A stretch of DNA of 47,721 nt from Parcubacteria group bacterium (GCA_002688135.1 NZCD01000022.1:1-47721), one strand, 5' to 3'; shown: positions 33,957-43,096, numbered from the stretch's first letter. A program made the numbers and translations. Notes: generated from the letters alone by a model not told the origin.

Positions 33957-35066
33957 CTAATCGACATTCTCTTTCTGCGCCTCAACCCAGTCATCCAAAT
34001 CATTCCAAATCTCATCAGCATCTCGCGGCGCTCCTGATAAACGATCACGTCTTTCATACTCATCAACAAGATCCGGAACATGATTACGCAATCGCGCCAA
34101 ATGGCGATAAGCCAACCGTCCATCATAGAATTCAAATAATCGTCGTGCAACGGACTCCGCCAAATCAGGATATTTTGCAATAATATGCATCATATCTCGA
34201 CGCTTCGTAAGCCGCGGAGCAATCAACCTCGCAGCAGACTCCCTCAATTCACCAGAAACCGCATGATGAACCACCTTCATACAAAATGCTTCCGACGGCT
34301 TAGATGTACGCATATGATCCCAAACAATCAACTGATAATCTTCTGTCAATGCATTAAATACAGCAACAACCCGATCATCAATCAAAGAATGCTCGCACGC
34401 AGAAATCAAACGCCACGCCTCATCTGCATGATTATCACAGCGAACCATCACACGAAACAAAGCACTTACATCATTTCTTCGCAGCAGACGACCCTTCGCA
34501 TGTTTCATAATCCAGTCCGCAGCATCATCATGCATTGAACCGCGTGAAAGCAAAACTTGATTTGCGTGCATAGATCGCATTTCAGGGTGCCCGATCATCT
34601 GTTTCCACACTCGTTGATTATACGAATTGGATGTTCTCAACAAAACACACAAATGCTCCGGCTTTGGATTCGACGAGAGAAACAACTCAACAGCTGGCTC
34701 CCACGAACATCCAATCTCACGAATCATACGCACAAGATCATCATACACATAATCTAACGACGACATGAAAGACCAAATCCGGGATCGATAAATTTTAAAA
34801 CACTCCATCATCCTGGTACACAGACCAAATGACACAAGCGGAAGACCCAAAATCGTACCGATCACACGCAGTTGCTGAACAACGTCATCCGGAGTTTCAA
34901 AAACCAAGGATTCAAGTGCATCCTGATCAGGATTACGAGAAAAAAAATTATCCCAAGCCCACAGTCCAAGTGGTTCCGGCGCAAATGCAAACGATGCAAC
35001 TTCGGCTGCAGTAACTGATTCATGATCAACATATTCTTGCCACAAGGCACCAACATCTACACTCAT
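33957..35066 (-). CDS. Hypothetical all-helical protein (369 aa), no recognisable family
   Basis: An AGGAGG sits 6 nt upstream of ATG 35066 (MSVDVGALWQEY). The product is rich in W, R, D and H. The longer ORF start was rejected. Confidence 0.6.
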   Translation of the reverse strand: MSVDVGALWQEYVDHESVTAAEVASFAFAPEPLGLWAWDNFFSRNPDQDALESLVFETPDDVVQQLRVIGTILGLPLVSFGLCTRMMECFKIYRSRIWSFMSSLDYVYDDLVRMIREIGCSWEPAVELFLSSNPKPEHLCVLLRTSNSYNQRVWKQMIGHPEMRSMHANQVLLSRGSMHDDAADWIMKHAKGRLLRRNDVSALFRVMVRCDNHADEAWRLISACEHSLIDDRVVAVFNALTEDYQLIVWDHMRTSKPSEAFCMKVVHHAVSGELRESAARLIAPRLTKRRDMMHIIAKYPDLAESVARRLFEFYDGRLAYRHLARLRNHVPDLVDEYERRDRLSGAPRDADEIWNDLDDWVEAQKENVD

Positions 35067-35131
35067 TTCAGACCTCCTTTTATGAAAACGAACTAAAACA
35101 AAAATAACACATGACCACAACCCTGTCAACA

Positions 35132-35140
35132 TGGTATACT
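35132..35140 (+). promoter_or_regulatory. Extended -10 promoter (TGGTATACT), leaderless-type
   Basis: It ends 8 nt before ATG 35149. There is no SD. Confidence 0.55.
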
Positions 35141-35148
35141 AATTACCT

Positions 35149-36141
35149 ATGAAAAAAATATTCGTCACTCGCCCTATTCCAGATAGCGGCATTCAATATC
35201 TCAAAAAACAAAAAGACTTCGAAGTAATCGTCCGAAAAAAAGATACAGTCATCTCGCGTCGAGAATTATTAAAATCTGTAAAAGGAATGGATGCAATTCT
35301 CTCAATTCTAACTGATAAAATTGATGCAGAAGTATTGGATGCTGCAGGTGATCAGCTTAAAATTGTCGCAAACTATGCAGTTGGATTTAACAATCTTGAC
35401 GTCAAAGCTGCAAAAAAAAGAAATATCATTTTAACAAACACACCAGCTCCAGAATTATCAGATGCTGTTGCAGATCACGCAATAGGATTAATGCTCGCAC
35501 TCGCCCACCGCATTGTAGAAGCGGATCAATTCACACGCCACGGAAAATACAAAGGCTGGGGACCAACATTATTGATGGGAACAGATCTCCACAAAAAAAC
35601 CATCGGTATTATCGGGATGGGAAGAATTGGCCAAGCAGTAGCCAAACGTGCCGCAGGATTCGATATCAAAGTCTTGTATAGCTCTCCACGACGGGCATCA
35701 AAAAAAATTGAACAAGCGTGTAATGCAAAAAAAATCTCTCTTGATACGCTTCTCAAAAAATCAGATTTCGTAACAATCCATGTCCCACTCCTCCCATCAA
35801 CAAAATATCTAATCAAAGCAAAACAATTAAAAATGATGAAAAAAACTGCATTCATAATCAACACCGCACGTGGCCCCATCATCAAAGAATCTGCATTATT
35901 ACATGCACTCCGCGACGGACAAATCGCAGGCGCAGGATTAGACGTATTTGAATGCGAACCACTCACCCACTGTGACCCACGAGACCACACCTACTTCCGC
36001 AAAATGAATAACGTTATCATGACACCACACACCGCCAGCGCATCAATGGAAGCTCGTGGATCAATGTCACTCATAGCAGCAAAAAATATCGCAGCAGTTC
36101 TCAAGGGCAAAAAACCAATAAACCCAATTTTCATCAACTAA
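35149..36141 (+). CDS. D-isomer-specific 2-hydroxyacid dehydrogenase (glyoxylate/hydroxypyruvate reductase-like)
   Basis: GIIGMGRIGQAVAKRA (NAD fold), INTARG, GAGLDVFE.EP and MTPHTASA. Confidence 0.85.
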   Translation: MKKIFVTRPIPDSGIQYLKKQKDFEVIVRKKDTVISRRELLKSVKGMDAILSILTDKIDAEVLDAAGDQLKIVANYAVGFNNLDVKAAKKRNIILTNTPAPELSDAVADHAIGLMLALAHRIVEADQFTRHGKYKGWGPTLLMGTDLHKKTIGIIGMGRIGQAVAKRAAGFDIKVLYSSPRRASKKIEQACNAKKISLDTLLKKSDFVTIHVPLLPSTKYLIKAKQLKMMKKTAFIINTARGPIIKESALLHALRDGQIAGAGLDVFECEPLTHCDPRDHTYFRKMNNVIMTPHTASASMEARGSMSLIAAKNIAAVLKGKKPINPIFIN

Positions 36142-36233
36142 CAATTAAGACGCCTCAAAGGCGTTTTTTGGTTGACAAAAATAAAAAATCATGATACATT
36201 CCAGCCGGTTCATTAAAAGGAAAATGAAAACAA

Positions 36234-37091
36234 ATGAAAAACTGGTGGCTGGGATTTTCCACAACCATGATCGGATTATGTATTTTCATAAAATACACTC
36301 TGTTGATGGTATGGGATAAACGAAATAATCGCGATCCCATGAAACGACTCGATACATTTCGCGATGCGGTTTTCATGCACTGCTATGAACGACTTGGCAT
36401 CACTCTCAAAATCGAAGATAACCTCGGATTCATTCCAAACAAACCAACCATCACATATGGCAAACATATGGATACGATGGCAATCTTCTGCTACTACCAC
36501 TCGCTACGATCAACTTTCCCGAATCGACCAATCATCGTAGTTGCCGGCAAACCGAAAATGAAAAACTTATTCGGATTAGTCTCACGCGCAGTTGCGGCTA
36601 TCGATGGAATTATTATCGATAGAGAAAAACCTGAAGAAGCAATAGAAGTAATTAAACGAAAAGCACAAACATTTAACGAACCCCCCATATTCGTAATTTT
36701 CCCTGAAGGTCACCGAGCAACAAAAAAACGGATTAAGGAAACGCACGAATACCTCAAATCTATCGGAAGGTCAGATCTGATCAAGTCATATCCTCATACA
36801 CAAGCTCCACGATCAAGAGGAACGCACGCACTACGATCAGCAATCGCAGACCCTATGTGCGTACGCATTTCATGCGGCTTCAATGTGCGAAATGCATATG
36901 GAACATTCTCCAGCCACAAACTCGTAAACTCGGAATTTCTCGTTCAACTAGAAGAAACAGAACTTCCAACTGACGCACAAGAACTAAAGACTCAACTTCT
37001 AGAAATAGATTTCCCAGAAATGAATAGAGTCGTTGAGAGCCATATTGGCAGACGAGAACACGCAGATTTCCTCAAATCAAAAGCAGCTTAA
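36234..37091 (+). CDS. Probable lysophospholipid/glycerolipid acyltransferase (PlsC-like)
   Basis: An N-terminal TM segment and VIFPEGHRATKKR (the FPEG(T/H)R block). The HxxxxD block is not clean (GKHMDTM). A TTGACA-17-TACATT promoter lies upstream. Confidence 0.5.
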   Translation: MKNWWLGFSTTMIGLCIFIKYTLLMVWDKRNNRDPMKRLDTFRDAVFMHCYERLGITLKIEDNLGFIPNKPTITYGKHMDTMAIFCYYHSLRSTFPNRPIIVVAGKPKMKNLFGLVSRAVAAIDGIIIDREKPEEAIEVIKRKAQTFNEPPIFVIFPEGHRATKKRIKETHEYLKSIGRSDLIKSYPHTQAPRSRGTHALRSAIADPMCVRISCGFNVRNAYGTFSSHKLVNSEFLVQLEETELPTDAQELKTQLLEIDFPEMNRVVESHIGRREHADFLKSKAA

Positions 37092-37164
37092 AAACTCCCA
37101 TCGCATCGTCATCCCGAAGGATCTAAAAACCTCCCAAATGTTGGGAGGTTATTTTTTGTCATAA

Positions 37165-37680
37165 TTATGGATCAAACCGCTCAAGTATCCCATTAAACTC
37201 CTGACGCAGCGCCACCCAATCATCCGGATGAGCAGTCATACTCAAAAACACATGATCCCCAAATTCATTTCGCACAAACGCCTGCATCACAAATAAATCA
37301 ATTTGCGGAGTTGCATTCAAAAATGAAATCTTCAACTGATCACCACTAGCATGCTCTCCAAACTCAACCTCAACTTGTGATGTTGATGATTGCTCCTCCA
37401 AACCCTCCCTCATGGTTTTCTGCAAATCAATAAATTCGATCCGAGAACCATACATACGCTGCACAGCAACAATCAAATTATTCTGAAATTCCGGAGATTC
37501 ACTCGGAACCAAAAACATGGTATTCGTTTCAGCCTGCGCATTCTCATCCAACTCATATGTTGGCGGATGCTCAATCATCCACCCATGCGGGCTTTCATAC
37601 GTCACCCAATCATCACCACCACATCCAACAGCAGCGAGAATCAAAAACAAGCCCAATCCAATAATTTTTTTCATATACAT
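37165..37680 (-). CDS. Probable secreted protein or lipoprotein
   Basis: MYMKKIIGLGLFLILAAVGCGGDD is a signal peptide followed by Cys. The longer ORF (to 37812) runs through tRNA-Ala and was trimmed. Confidence 0.6.
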   Translation of the reverse strand: MYMKKIIGLGLFLILAAVGCGGDDWVTYESPHGWMIEHPPTYELDENAQAETNTMFLVPSESPEFQNNLIVAVQRMYGSRIEFIDLQKTMREGLEEQSSTSQVEVEFGEHASGDQLKISFLNATPQIDLFVMQAFVRNEFGDHVFLSMTAHPDDWVALRQEFNGILERFDP

Positions 37681-37723
37681 AATTATAACACAAATCAAAA
37701 AACATCCTCGAAAGGATGTTTTT

Positions 37724-37799
37724 TGGTGGACCTCAGGAGACTCGAACTCCTCACCTCCGCCTTGCAAAAGCGGCGCTCTACCAGATGAGCTAGAGGCCC
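37724..37799 (-). tRNA. tRNA-Ala (anticodon UGC), CCA encoded
   Basis: A manual cloverleaf fits: acceptor GGGCCTC/GAGGTCC with the G3-U70 alanine identity pair, anticodon loop TTTGCAA, and T-loop TTCGAGT. A terminator hairpin follows immediately downstream. Confidence 0.95.
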
Positions 37800-37849
37800 G
37801 TAATGGGCGCATATTTTAAATTGTTGTCTGCCTGCGATGTCACTCTGTG

Positions 37850-37983
37850 GCGAGCGGCGATTTTATATGTTTAGCGCTTCGCGCTGGCAGATGAGCTAGA
37901 GGCCCTCTTGCTGTCATATTCGTTGTATGCGAGCGGCGATCTTAATTCTTTGACGTGCTATCGCACGTCGGCAGATGAGCTAC
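37850..37983 (-). repeat. Two ~79-nt repeat units, each ending in a copy of the tRNA-Ala 5' end
   Basis: Each unit starts GCGAGCGGCGAT (37850 and 37929), carries a variable hairpin, and ends GGCAGATGAGCTA(GAGGCCC). The last motif is the reverse complement of tRNA-Ala positions 1-18. Confidence 0.8.
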
Positions 37984-38197
37984 TTTTCTAGAAACTTCGC
38001 AAACCACAACGCAACTTTACTATACATTTTGTTCTACATTCAGACGCCAATCTATGATTGGTCACCCGATAGGGTAAAGCTAGAGACCCAGAACCAACAA
38101 CGAAAAAAAGTATATAATATTCCAACTCATCACGCAAGACTTGACTAATCAGCTTTCGCACCGTAACATGCATATAGATCATTAAGGAGGCAAAAAC

Positions 38198-38533
38198 ATG
38201 ATATACGCAGGATTATGGATACTGATCGCGCTATGCATCGCAGCAATCATGCTATTGATAGTCATCCAAATCACCGCCGGATTCTTCGCGATGATTGGTT
38301 CATGTGATACAGATGAATACGAACTTGAAGAGGTACGAGAAGGGCTCGAAGGGCTAAGCGAACAAATTGGCATAGGAGTACTAATCGCAATTACAATTAC
38401 CGGCATCGCACTGCTGATCGGCTGCATGATGTATGGGATGAAGATGCTCATTCCAATAGGCATGGCGGCAGGAATCTATCTCACCGCACTAATCTTCATT
38501 TCAATCGCAGATCGCATTGGCACACCATCATGA
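38198..38533 (+). CDS. Hypothetical membrane protein (111 aa)
   Basis: An AAGGAGG sits 7 nt upstream. There are three or four TM segments with an acidic loop. A TTGACT-17-TAACAT promoter lies upstream. Confidence 0.6.
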   Translation: MIYAGLWILIALCIAAIMLLIVIQITAGFFAMIGSCDTDEYELEEVREGLEGLSEQIGIGVLIAITITGIALLIGCMMYGMKMLIPIGMAAGIYLTALIFISIADRIGTPS

Positions 38534-38781
38534 ATACACTCCTCTTGTTACTCTACATGCTCGGATTACTTGTTGGAAGCATTATGGCAGCCATATGTCT
38601 ATACCAACTTATTGCAGGTAAAATAATATTTACAAATAGTATATCCGATTGCGCCGACGATTCGAAAATCTACAAAGCCATATTAAAAACACACAAAAAA
38701 CATAGTAGACCACACTTCCTTGGGTTACTATGCAGTATTCTATCAGTTACCACATTCATCTTCCTATTCCTCGGAAGATAA
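38530..38781 (+). CDS. Hypothetical membrane protein (83 aa)
   Basis: ATGA overlap with the upstream gene. Two TM segments. Confidence 0.55.
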   Translation: MNTLLLLLYMLGLLVGSIMAAICLYQLIAGKIIFTNSISDCADDSKIYKAILKTHKKHSRPHFLGLLCSILSVTTFIFLFLGR

Positions 38782-38810
38782 AAATAACCTCCCTATGGGG
38801 AGGTCTTTTA

Positions 38811-39497
38811 TTACCATCGCATTCTAATCATGCCATGTTTTCGGATATGTCCAGCAGCCGACAAGAACGAATATCCAAGACTGATGTAAAGCAGGAAAAG
38901 ACCAAGCCAATCAATGATCAACCGCGACATCGCGCCATCATGCGCACTCAACACCTCGCCAAGAATCAACGCGCAAATAACCACATTCTGCAGAATCGCC
39001 TTATATTTCCCAAAATTATTTGCGGAAACATCAGCAGTACGCTTACGAGCCAACACCCAAATGCGATGCACAATGAGAAATCCTTCAATAGCGACAATCA
39101 ACACAATGAGTGGAATTTTCACATGCTCATAAAGAGCAATCAAAGCTGCTAAGAAATAAATCTTATCAGCCATTGGATCAGCAAATTGACCAAATCGACT
39201 CGCAACCTTGAGTTTGCGCGCAAAGAATCCATCCATCCAATCTAGATTGCCTGCGATAATCGCAATAACAAACGCCGTCAGATGATCGACAGTATACGCG
39301 CTGTGTAACAAAATGATCACAGGAATCACAAGTGCCGCACGCATGAATGTCAAAATGTTTACAAAGATGAATGCTCCGATCGAGCGCTTCATCACATCGT
39401 CAGTATCAACACTATACAACTGCACTGGAGAATCTGGCTCATGCACAACGCCCTCCGCAACATCTTCAGATACTACCGTACTATTCTGAATTGACAT
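38811..39497 (-). CDS. pgsA: CDP-alcohol phosphatidyltransferase (PgsA-like)
   Basis: DWMDGFFARKLKVASRFGQFADPMADK matches DGx2ARx8Gx3Dx3D. There are multiple TM segments. Confidence 0.85.
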   Translation of the reverse strand: MSIQNSTVVSEDVAEGVVHEPDSPVQLYSVDTDDVMKRSIGAFIFVNILTFMRAALVIPVIILLHSAYTVDHLTAFVIAIIAGNLDWMDGFFARKLKVASRFGQFADPMADKIYFLAALIALYEHVKIPLIVLIVAIEGFLIVHRIWVLARKRTADVSANNFGKYKAILQNVVICALILGEVLSAHDGAMSRLIIDWLGLFLLYISLGYSFLSAAGHIRKHGMIRMRW

Positions 39498-39590
39498 AGC
39501 CGCCCCCTTTTTAAAATGACCGATGACGCAAGTATACGCAGACTAGAGAATATTTGCAAGATCAAAAAACACCCTCAAGAGGATGTCTTC

Positions 39591-39720
39591 TGGTGCCGAG
39601 GGGGAGATTTGGACGAACGAGCGGAGTGAACCAAAAGAAAAACGATAGTTTTGCTTTTGTGAATGAAGCGAGTGAGATGGCGCGAGGTACGAGCGCTACT
39701 CCCGACACGAGGGATTCAAA
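39591..39720 (-). pseudogene. Degenerate 3' half of tRNA-Phe interrupted in the T-loop
   Basis: Minus-strand read: TTTGAATCCCTCGTGTCGGGAGT, then about 95 nt, then CAAATCTCCCCCTCGGCACCA. The last 21 nt and the following 30-nt terminator are identical to the functional gene. Confidence 0.6.
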
Positions 39721-39758
39721 TTAATAATATCAAAAAACACCCTCAAGAGGATGTCTTC

Positions 39759-39833
39759 TGGTGCCGAGGGGGAGATTTGAACTCCCGACACAAGGATTTT
39801 CAGTCCTTTGCTCTACCCCTGAGCTACCTCGGC
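39759..39833 (-). tRNA. tRNA-Phe (anticodon GAA), CCA encoded
   Basis: A manual cloverleaf fits: acceptor GCCGAGG/CCTCGGC, D-arm GCTC-AGGGGTA-GAGC, anticodon arm AAGGA-CTGAAAA-TCCTT, and T-arm GGGAG-TTCAAAT-CTCCC. Confidence 0.95.
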
Positions 39834-39891
39834 ATAACATTTTTTCCATTTTTACATTTTGAAGTAGCCAACCAAATAAAATTTATAAATA

Positions 39892-39928
39892 TTTTGGGAC
39901 CCTTGCTCTACCCCCAAACTACCTCAGC
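39892..39928 (-). pseudogene. Degenerate 5' half of tRNA-Phe
   Basis: Minus-strand read GCTGAGGTAGTTTGGGGGTAGAGCAAGGGTCCCAAAAT, compared with the functional GCCGAGGTAGCTCAGGGGTAGAGCAAAGGACTGAAAAT. Confidence 0.55.
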
Positions 39929-40004
39929 TTAACCATGTGAAGCAGATAATAACACGATCAGACTTATTTGTGAAGACATGACCTCTACGATATACTAAAG
40001 CCAT

Positions 40005-41024
40005 ATGGAACACGAAGAAACAAGAACAATCGACCCAGCCGTAAAACCACAAGAAATTCAGTTGGATATTACGTTACGACCACAGAATCTCACAGAATTT
40101 GTAGGGCAAGAACAGCTCAAAGAAACATTGAGTGTGTTCATTCAAGCTGCAAAACAACGAAAGGAATCTCTTGACCACACATTATTTTATGGAGCTCCAG
40201 GATTAGGAAAAACAACACTCGCCCACATCATCGCGCAAGAAATGGGAGTACATGTAAAAGTAACATCCGGACCAGCATTAGACAAAGTCGGAGATCTTGC
40301 AGCCATTCTTACAAATCTCCAACCTCATGATCTTCTTTTCATAGATGAAATCCACCGCATGAATAGAACAATCGAAGAAGTTCTATACCCAGCAATGGAA
40401 GATCAAGCACTCGATTTAATTGTAGGCAAAGGCCCAGCAGCTCGCACACTCCGCATGCAGCTCAATCCATTCACACTCGTCGGCGCAACTACAAAAATGA
40501 ACCTAATCTCCTCACCACTTCGAGATAGATTCGGAGCACAATTTCATTTGGATTATTACACACCAGAAAATATCGCGGATATTGTAGGACGTAGCGCACA
40601 AATATTGGATATCAACATAGAACCAGAAGCACAACACATGATTGCAAGCAGATCACGCCACACACCCAGAGTCGCCAACAGATTACTCAAACGCGTTCGA
40701 GATTTCGCACAAGTCCAAGGAAATGGTATAATTACAAACAACATATGTGATTCAGCGCTCGATAAATTGCGCGTTGACACAAAAGGTTTAGATAATGTAG
40801 ATCGACTAATTCTTACTACTATTATCGAAAAATACAAAGGAGGCCCTGTCGGACTCTCAACACTCGCAGCTGCGATAGCAGAAGACACTGAAACACTCGA
40901 ATCAATCTACGAACCATTTCTCCTACAAATGGGATTGATAGAACGAACTCCGCGTGGTCGTTGTGCAACAACACACGCATACGACCACCTGAATATAACC
41001 GAAACTCAAAAAAAGATGCTGTAA
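40005..41024 (+). CDS. ruvB: Holliday junction DNA helicase RuvB
   Basis: [15 protein letters not shown] (Walker A), LFIDEIHR (Walker B), and the RuvB winged-helix C-terminus. Confidence 0.95.
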   Translation: MEHEETRTIDPAVKPQEIQLDITLRPQNLTEFVGQEQLKETLSVFIQAAKQRKESLDHTLFYGAPGLGKTTLAHIIAQEMGVHVKVTSGPALDKVGDLAAILTNLQPHDLLFIDEIHRMNRTIEEVLYPAMEDQALDLIVGKGPAARTLRMQLNPFTLVGATTKMNLISSPLRDRFGAQFHLDYYTPENIADIVGRSAQILDINIEPEAQHMIASRSRHTPRVANRLLKRVRDFAQVQGNGIITNNICDSALDKLRVDTKGLDNVDRLILTTIIEKYKGGPVGLSTLAAAIAEDTETLESIYEPFLLQMGLIERTPRGRCATTHAYDHLNITETQKKML

Positions 41025-41134
41025 AACAAAAACCCCGCGGACACGAGGTTTTGTCGAATCTTAGAATGATCCAAAGACCCACCTGATAAGTTGCTGACAC
41101 TATACAATGTATAAGCATCGTTGTCAAATCAATC

Positions 41135-41210
41135 ACCATGGACCTATGGGGATTCGAACCCCAAAGATTCTACTTATCAGGTGAATCTCAGACCATCCTA
41201 GGCCCACGGT
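41135..41210 (-). other. 76-nt tRNA-like structure (non-canonical, D-arm missing)
   Basis: Minus strand: a 12-bp closing helix (ACCGTGGGCCTA / TAGGTCCATGGT, with G-U pairs), a perfect T-arm TGGGG-TTCGAAT-CCCCA, and an anticodon-like hairpin with loop CTGATAA. Only 11-13 nt occupy the position of the D-arm. Confidence 0.4.
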
Positions 41211-41266
41211 CAATTATTCTAACATGTTGTAAACTAGTATACAACAAAATGTCAAGAGGATAACCC

Positions 41267-41527
41267 ATGCAAATCACACTCGCTATTCTCCTATACGCCT
41301 ACATATTGCTTGTCGCAATATTTATTACGTTTGCTGTCATCCATATTCTACACCTCGTATATCTCACAGCTACAGATCGATATGGATATCTAATGACCGT
41401 ATTTTTCCTAGTTGGATTCATAATTATTATCGGAGGAACATGGTTATTGCTAGCAGACATAAATTGGAGCACCCCACTAACCAGTGCACTACCTTCAATT
41501 TCAGGAGAGCAAGAACTTTTCAAATAA
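41267..41527 (+). CDS. Hypothetical two-TM membrane protein (86 aa)
   Basis: An AGAGGA sits 6 nt upstream. Two long hydrophobic helices. Confidence 0.55.
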   Translation: MQITLAILLYAYILLVAIFITFAVIHILHLVYLTATDRYGYLMTVFFLVGFIIIIGGTWLLLADINWSTPLTSALPSISGEQELFK

Positions 41528-41545
41528 TTTGAGCGTAGCAAACCT

Positions 41546-42103
41546 ATGCACATCGCAAAAATAATCAAACAAAAAAAAGGGGAACACGTCATCATGATGC
41601 TACGACGACATCCATTCGCACTCATTCCAGCATTCCTCTTATTTCTACTCATCAATGTATTCGCGATTTCTGCATATTTTTTCGTTGCCAAATATTACCC
41701 AAACATGATTGCAAGCGACGCAGGAAGAGCAACAACCATTATTCTACTTTCAACACTACTACTTTCCACATGGATACAATTCTACGGTCAATTCATCGAT
41801 TACTATTTAGATATTTGGGTTGTAACTGACACACGAATTATCAACGTAGAACAACACGGATTATTCGGCAGAACCGTAGCAGAAACTGATCTATACAAAA
41901 TTCAAGATGTCGAATCAGACATCAAAGGATTCATCCCAACTACATTCTCATACGGATACGTACACATTCAATCCGCTGGTGAACATTCAAAATTCTTATT
42001 TGAACAAGTTCCATACCCACATCTCGTGCGCAAAAAAATAATTCAGCTCGTACAAGTCGATCGCAAAAAACACGCGGCAGAAGCAATGGCTGCCGGCGTT
42101 TAA
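41546..42103 (+). CDS. Membrane protein with bacterial PH (bPH_2/YdbS-like) domain
   Basis: Two N-terminal TM helices followed by YYLDIWVVTDTRIINVEQHGLFGRTVAETDLYKIQDV. Confidence 0.55.
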   Translation: MHIAKIIKQKKGEHVIMMLRRHPFALIPAFLLFLLINVFAISAYFFVAKYYPNMIASDAGRATTIILLSTLLLSTWIQFYGQFIDYYLDIWVVTDTRIINVEQHGLFGRTVAETDLYKIQDVESDIKGFIPTTFSYGYVHIQSAGEHSKFLFEQVPYPHLVRKKIIQLVQVDRKKHAAEAMAAGV

Positions 42104-42130
42104 AACTACCAACCCAAAAAAAATAAATTA

Positions 42131-42158
42131 AAAACCCCGAGCATTCTCGGGGTTTATT
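42131..42158. terminator. Bidirectional terminator
   Basis: CCCCGAG-catt-CTCGGGG flanked by A and T runs. Confidence 0.8.
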
Positions 42159-42168
42159 TGTCTCTCAT

Positions 42169-42423
42169 TCAAGACTCCTCATGTCGTTTGACATCAGGAC
42201 ACATCGCAGCCAGTTCATTAACCGAACACTTTCTAAGTAATTCGGAAGCAAGATAACCAATGCCAACCTTGGCATTATCACTATGCTGATTAGGCATCAC
42301 AGCACCCATACCAGCCTTATTCCACGATTCCTTCGTGATCACGATTGCAGCAGTCACTGCATCTGCAAGCACTGCTGCACGCGCTTTTCCTCCCTGCAGG
42401 TTATCGGAAGTTTCATCACTCAT
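42169..42423 (-). CDS. Hypothetical 84-aa protein
   Basis: Last gene of the Cys-rich protein operon. No signal peptide and no recognised family. Confidence 0.45.
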   Translation of the reverse strand: MSDETSDNLQGGKARAAVLADAVTAAIVITKESWNKAGMGAVMPNQHSDNAKVGIGYLASELLRKCSVNELAAMCPDVKRHEES

Positions 42424-42461
42424 TTTCAGTTTCTCCTATTTTAATCTATGACACAAAACTC

Positions 42462-42743
42462 CTACTCAAGATGTTGGGAGCAATAGTCAAGTGCTTGCGC
42501 ACAACAACCATACTCCAATTTGTGTTTAATTGCACAGACCGACCAAGCGTTTGTAGATTGATCCATACATTGATCCTCACATGCAGATTGACTCAAATCA
42601 TTCAAGACAAATCCACACTCATCAAATACCGCACACGACGCTTCACATGCCTCGCGCTTAACCTTCTGCTGTGGTGAATCCTGCAAACCTTGATACAAAC
42701 CAAAGCATGCAAGTACAACCACCACAATCACAAACCATCTCAT
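42462..42743 (-). CDS. Secreted or anchored 8-Cys protein, paralogue B (93 aa)
   Basis: An N-terminal hydrophobic anchor. The pattern is C-x3-C-x4-DEC ... C-x3-C ... W-x2-C ... GC ... CS(Q/E)HL, shared with 42740-43096. Confidence 0.6.
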   Translation of the reverse strand: MRWFVIVVVVLACFGLYQGLQDSPQQKVKREACEASCAVFDECGFVLNDLSQSACEDQCMDQSTNAWSVCAIKHKLEYGCCAQALDYCSQHLE

Positions 42744-43096
42744 GTGCCCTCCTTAGGAACAGAAGGTAAATGTTCCGAACAAGTACGAAAAGCAGTTTTC
42801 TGATCACAGCCGTGTTCAGATTCAACTTTCAGTGTACAACTAGTCCACTTTGAATCCGGCTGACGCATGCACAAATCTGTACAGCGCTCCTGATCAAGCT
42901 TAACATCCTCTTCGTCTGACAGATACATGTTGCACTCATCAATAATGCGACATGTTTTCTGACAATCCTCAAACTTCTTATCCCAGCGCTGTTCCAACGA
43001 ATTTTCATCAGAATCACAACTGAAACGCTTGAACGTACCATTTCGAAAAGCAGCAAAAAGAAATATTCCCACCACCATAACGATGATAAGTCTCAT
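42740..43096 (-). CDS. Secreted or anchored 8-Cys protein, paralogue A (118 aa)
   Basis: A GGAGGG sits 3-4 nt upstream. It has the same Cys scaffold as paralogue B and an ATGA overlap with it. Confidence 0.6.
   Translation of the reverse strand: MRLIIVMVVGIFLFAAFRNGTFKRFSCDSDENSLEQRWDKKFEDCQKTCRIIDECNMYLSDEEDVKLDQERCTDLCMRQPDSKWTSCTLKVESEHGCDQKTAFRTCSEHLPSVPKEGT

Noticed and set aside
37681-37812. N-terminal extension of the lipoprotein ORF
   Set aside because: It runs antisense-free straight through the tRNA-Ala gene (37724-37799) on the same strand, so the extension is a translation of tRNA sequence.
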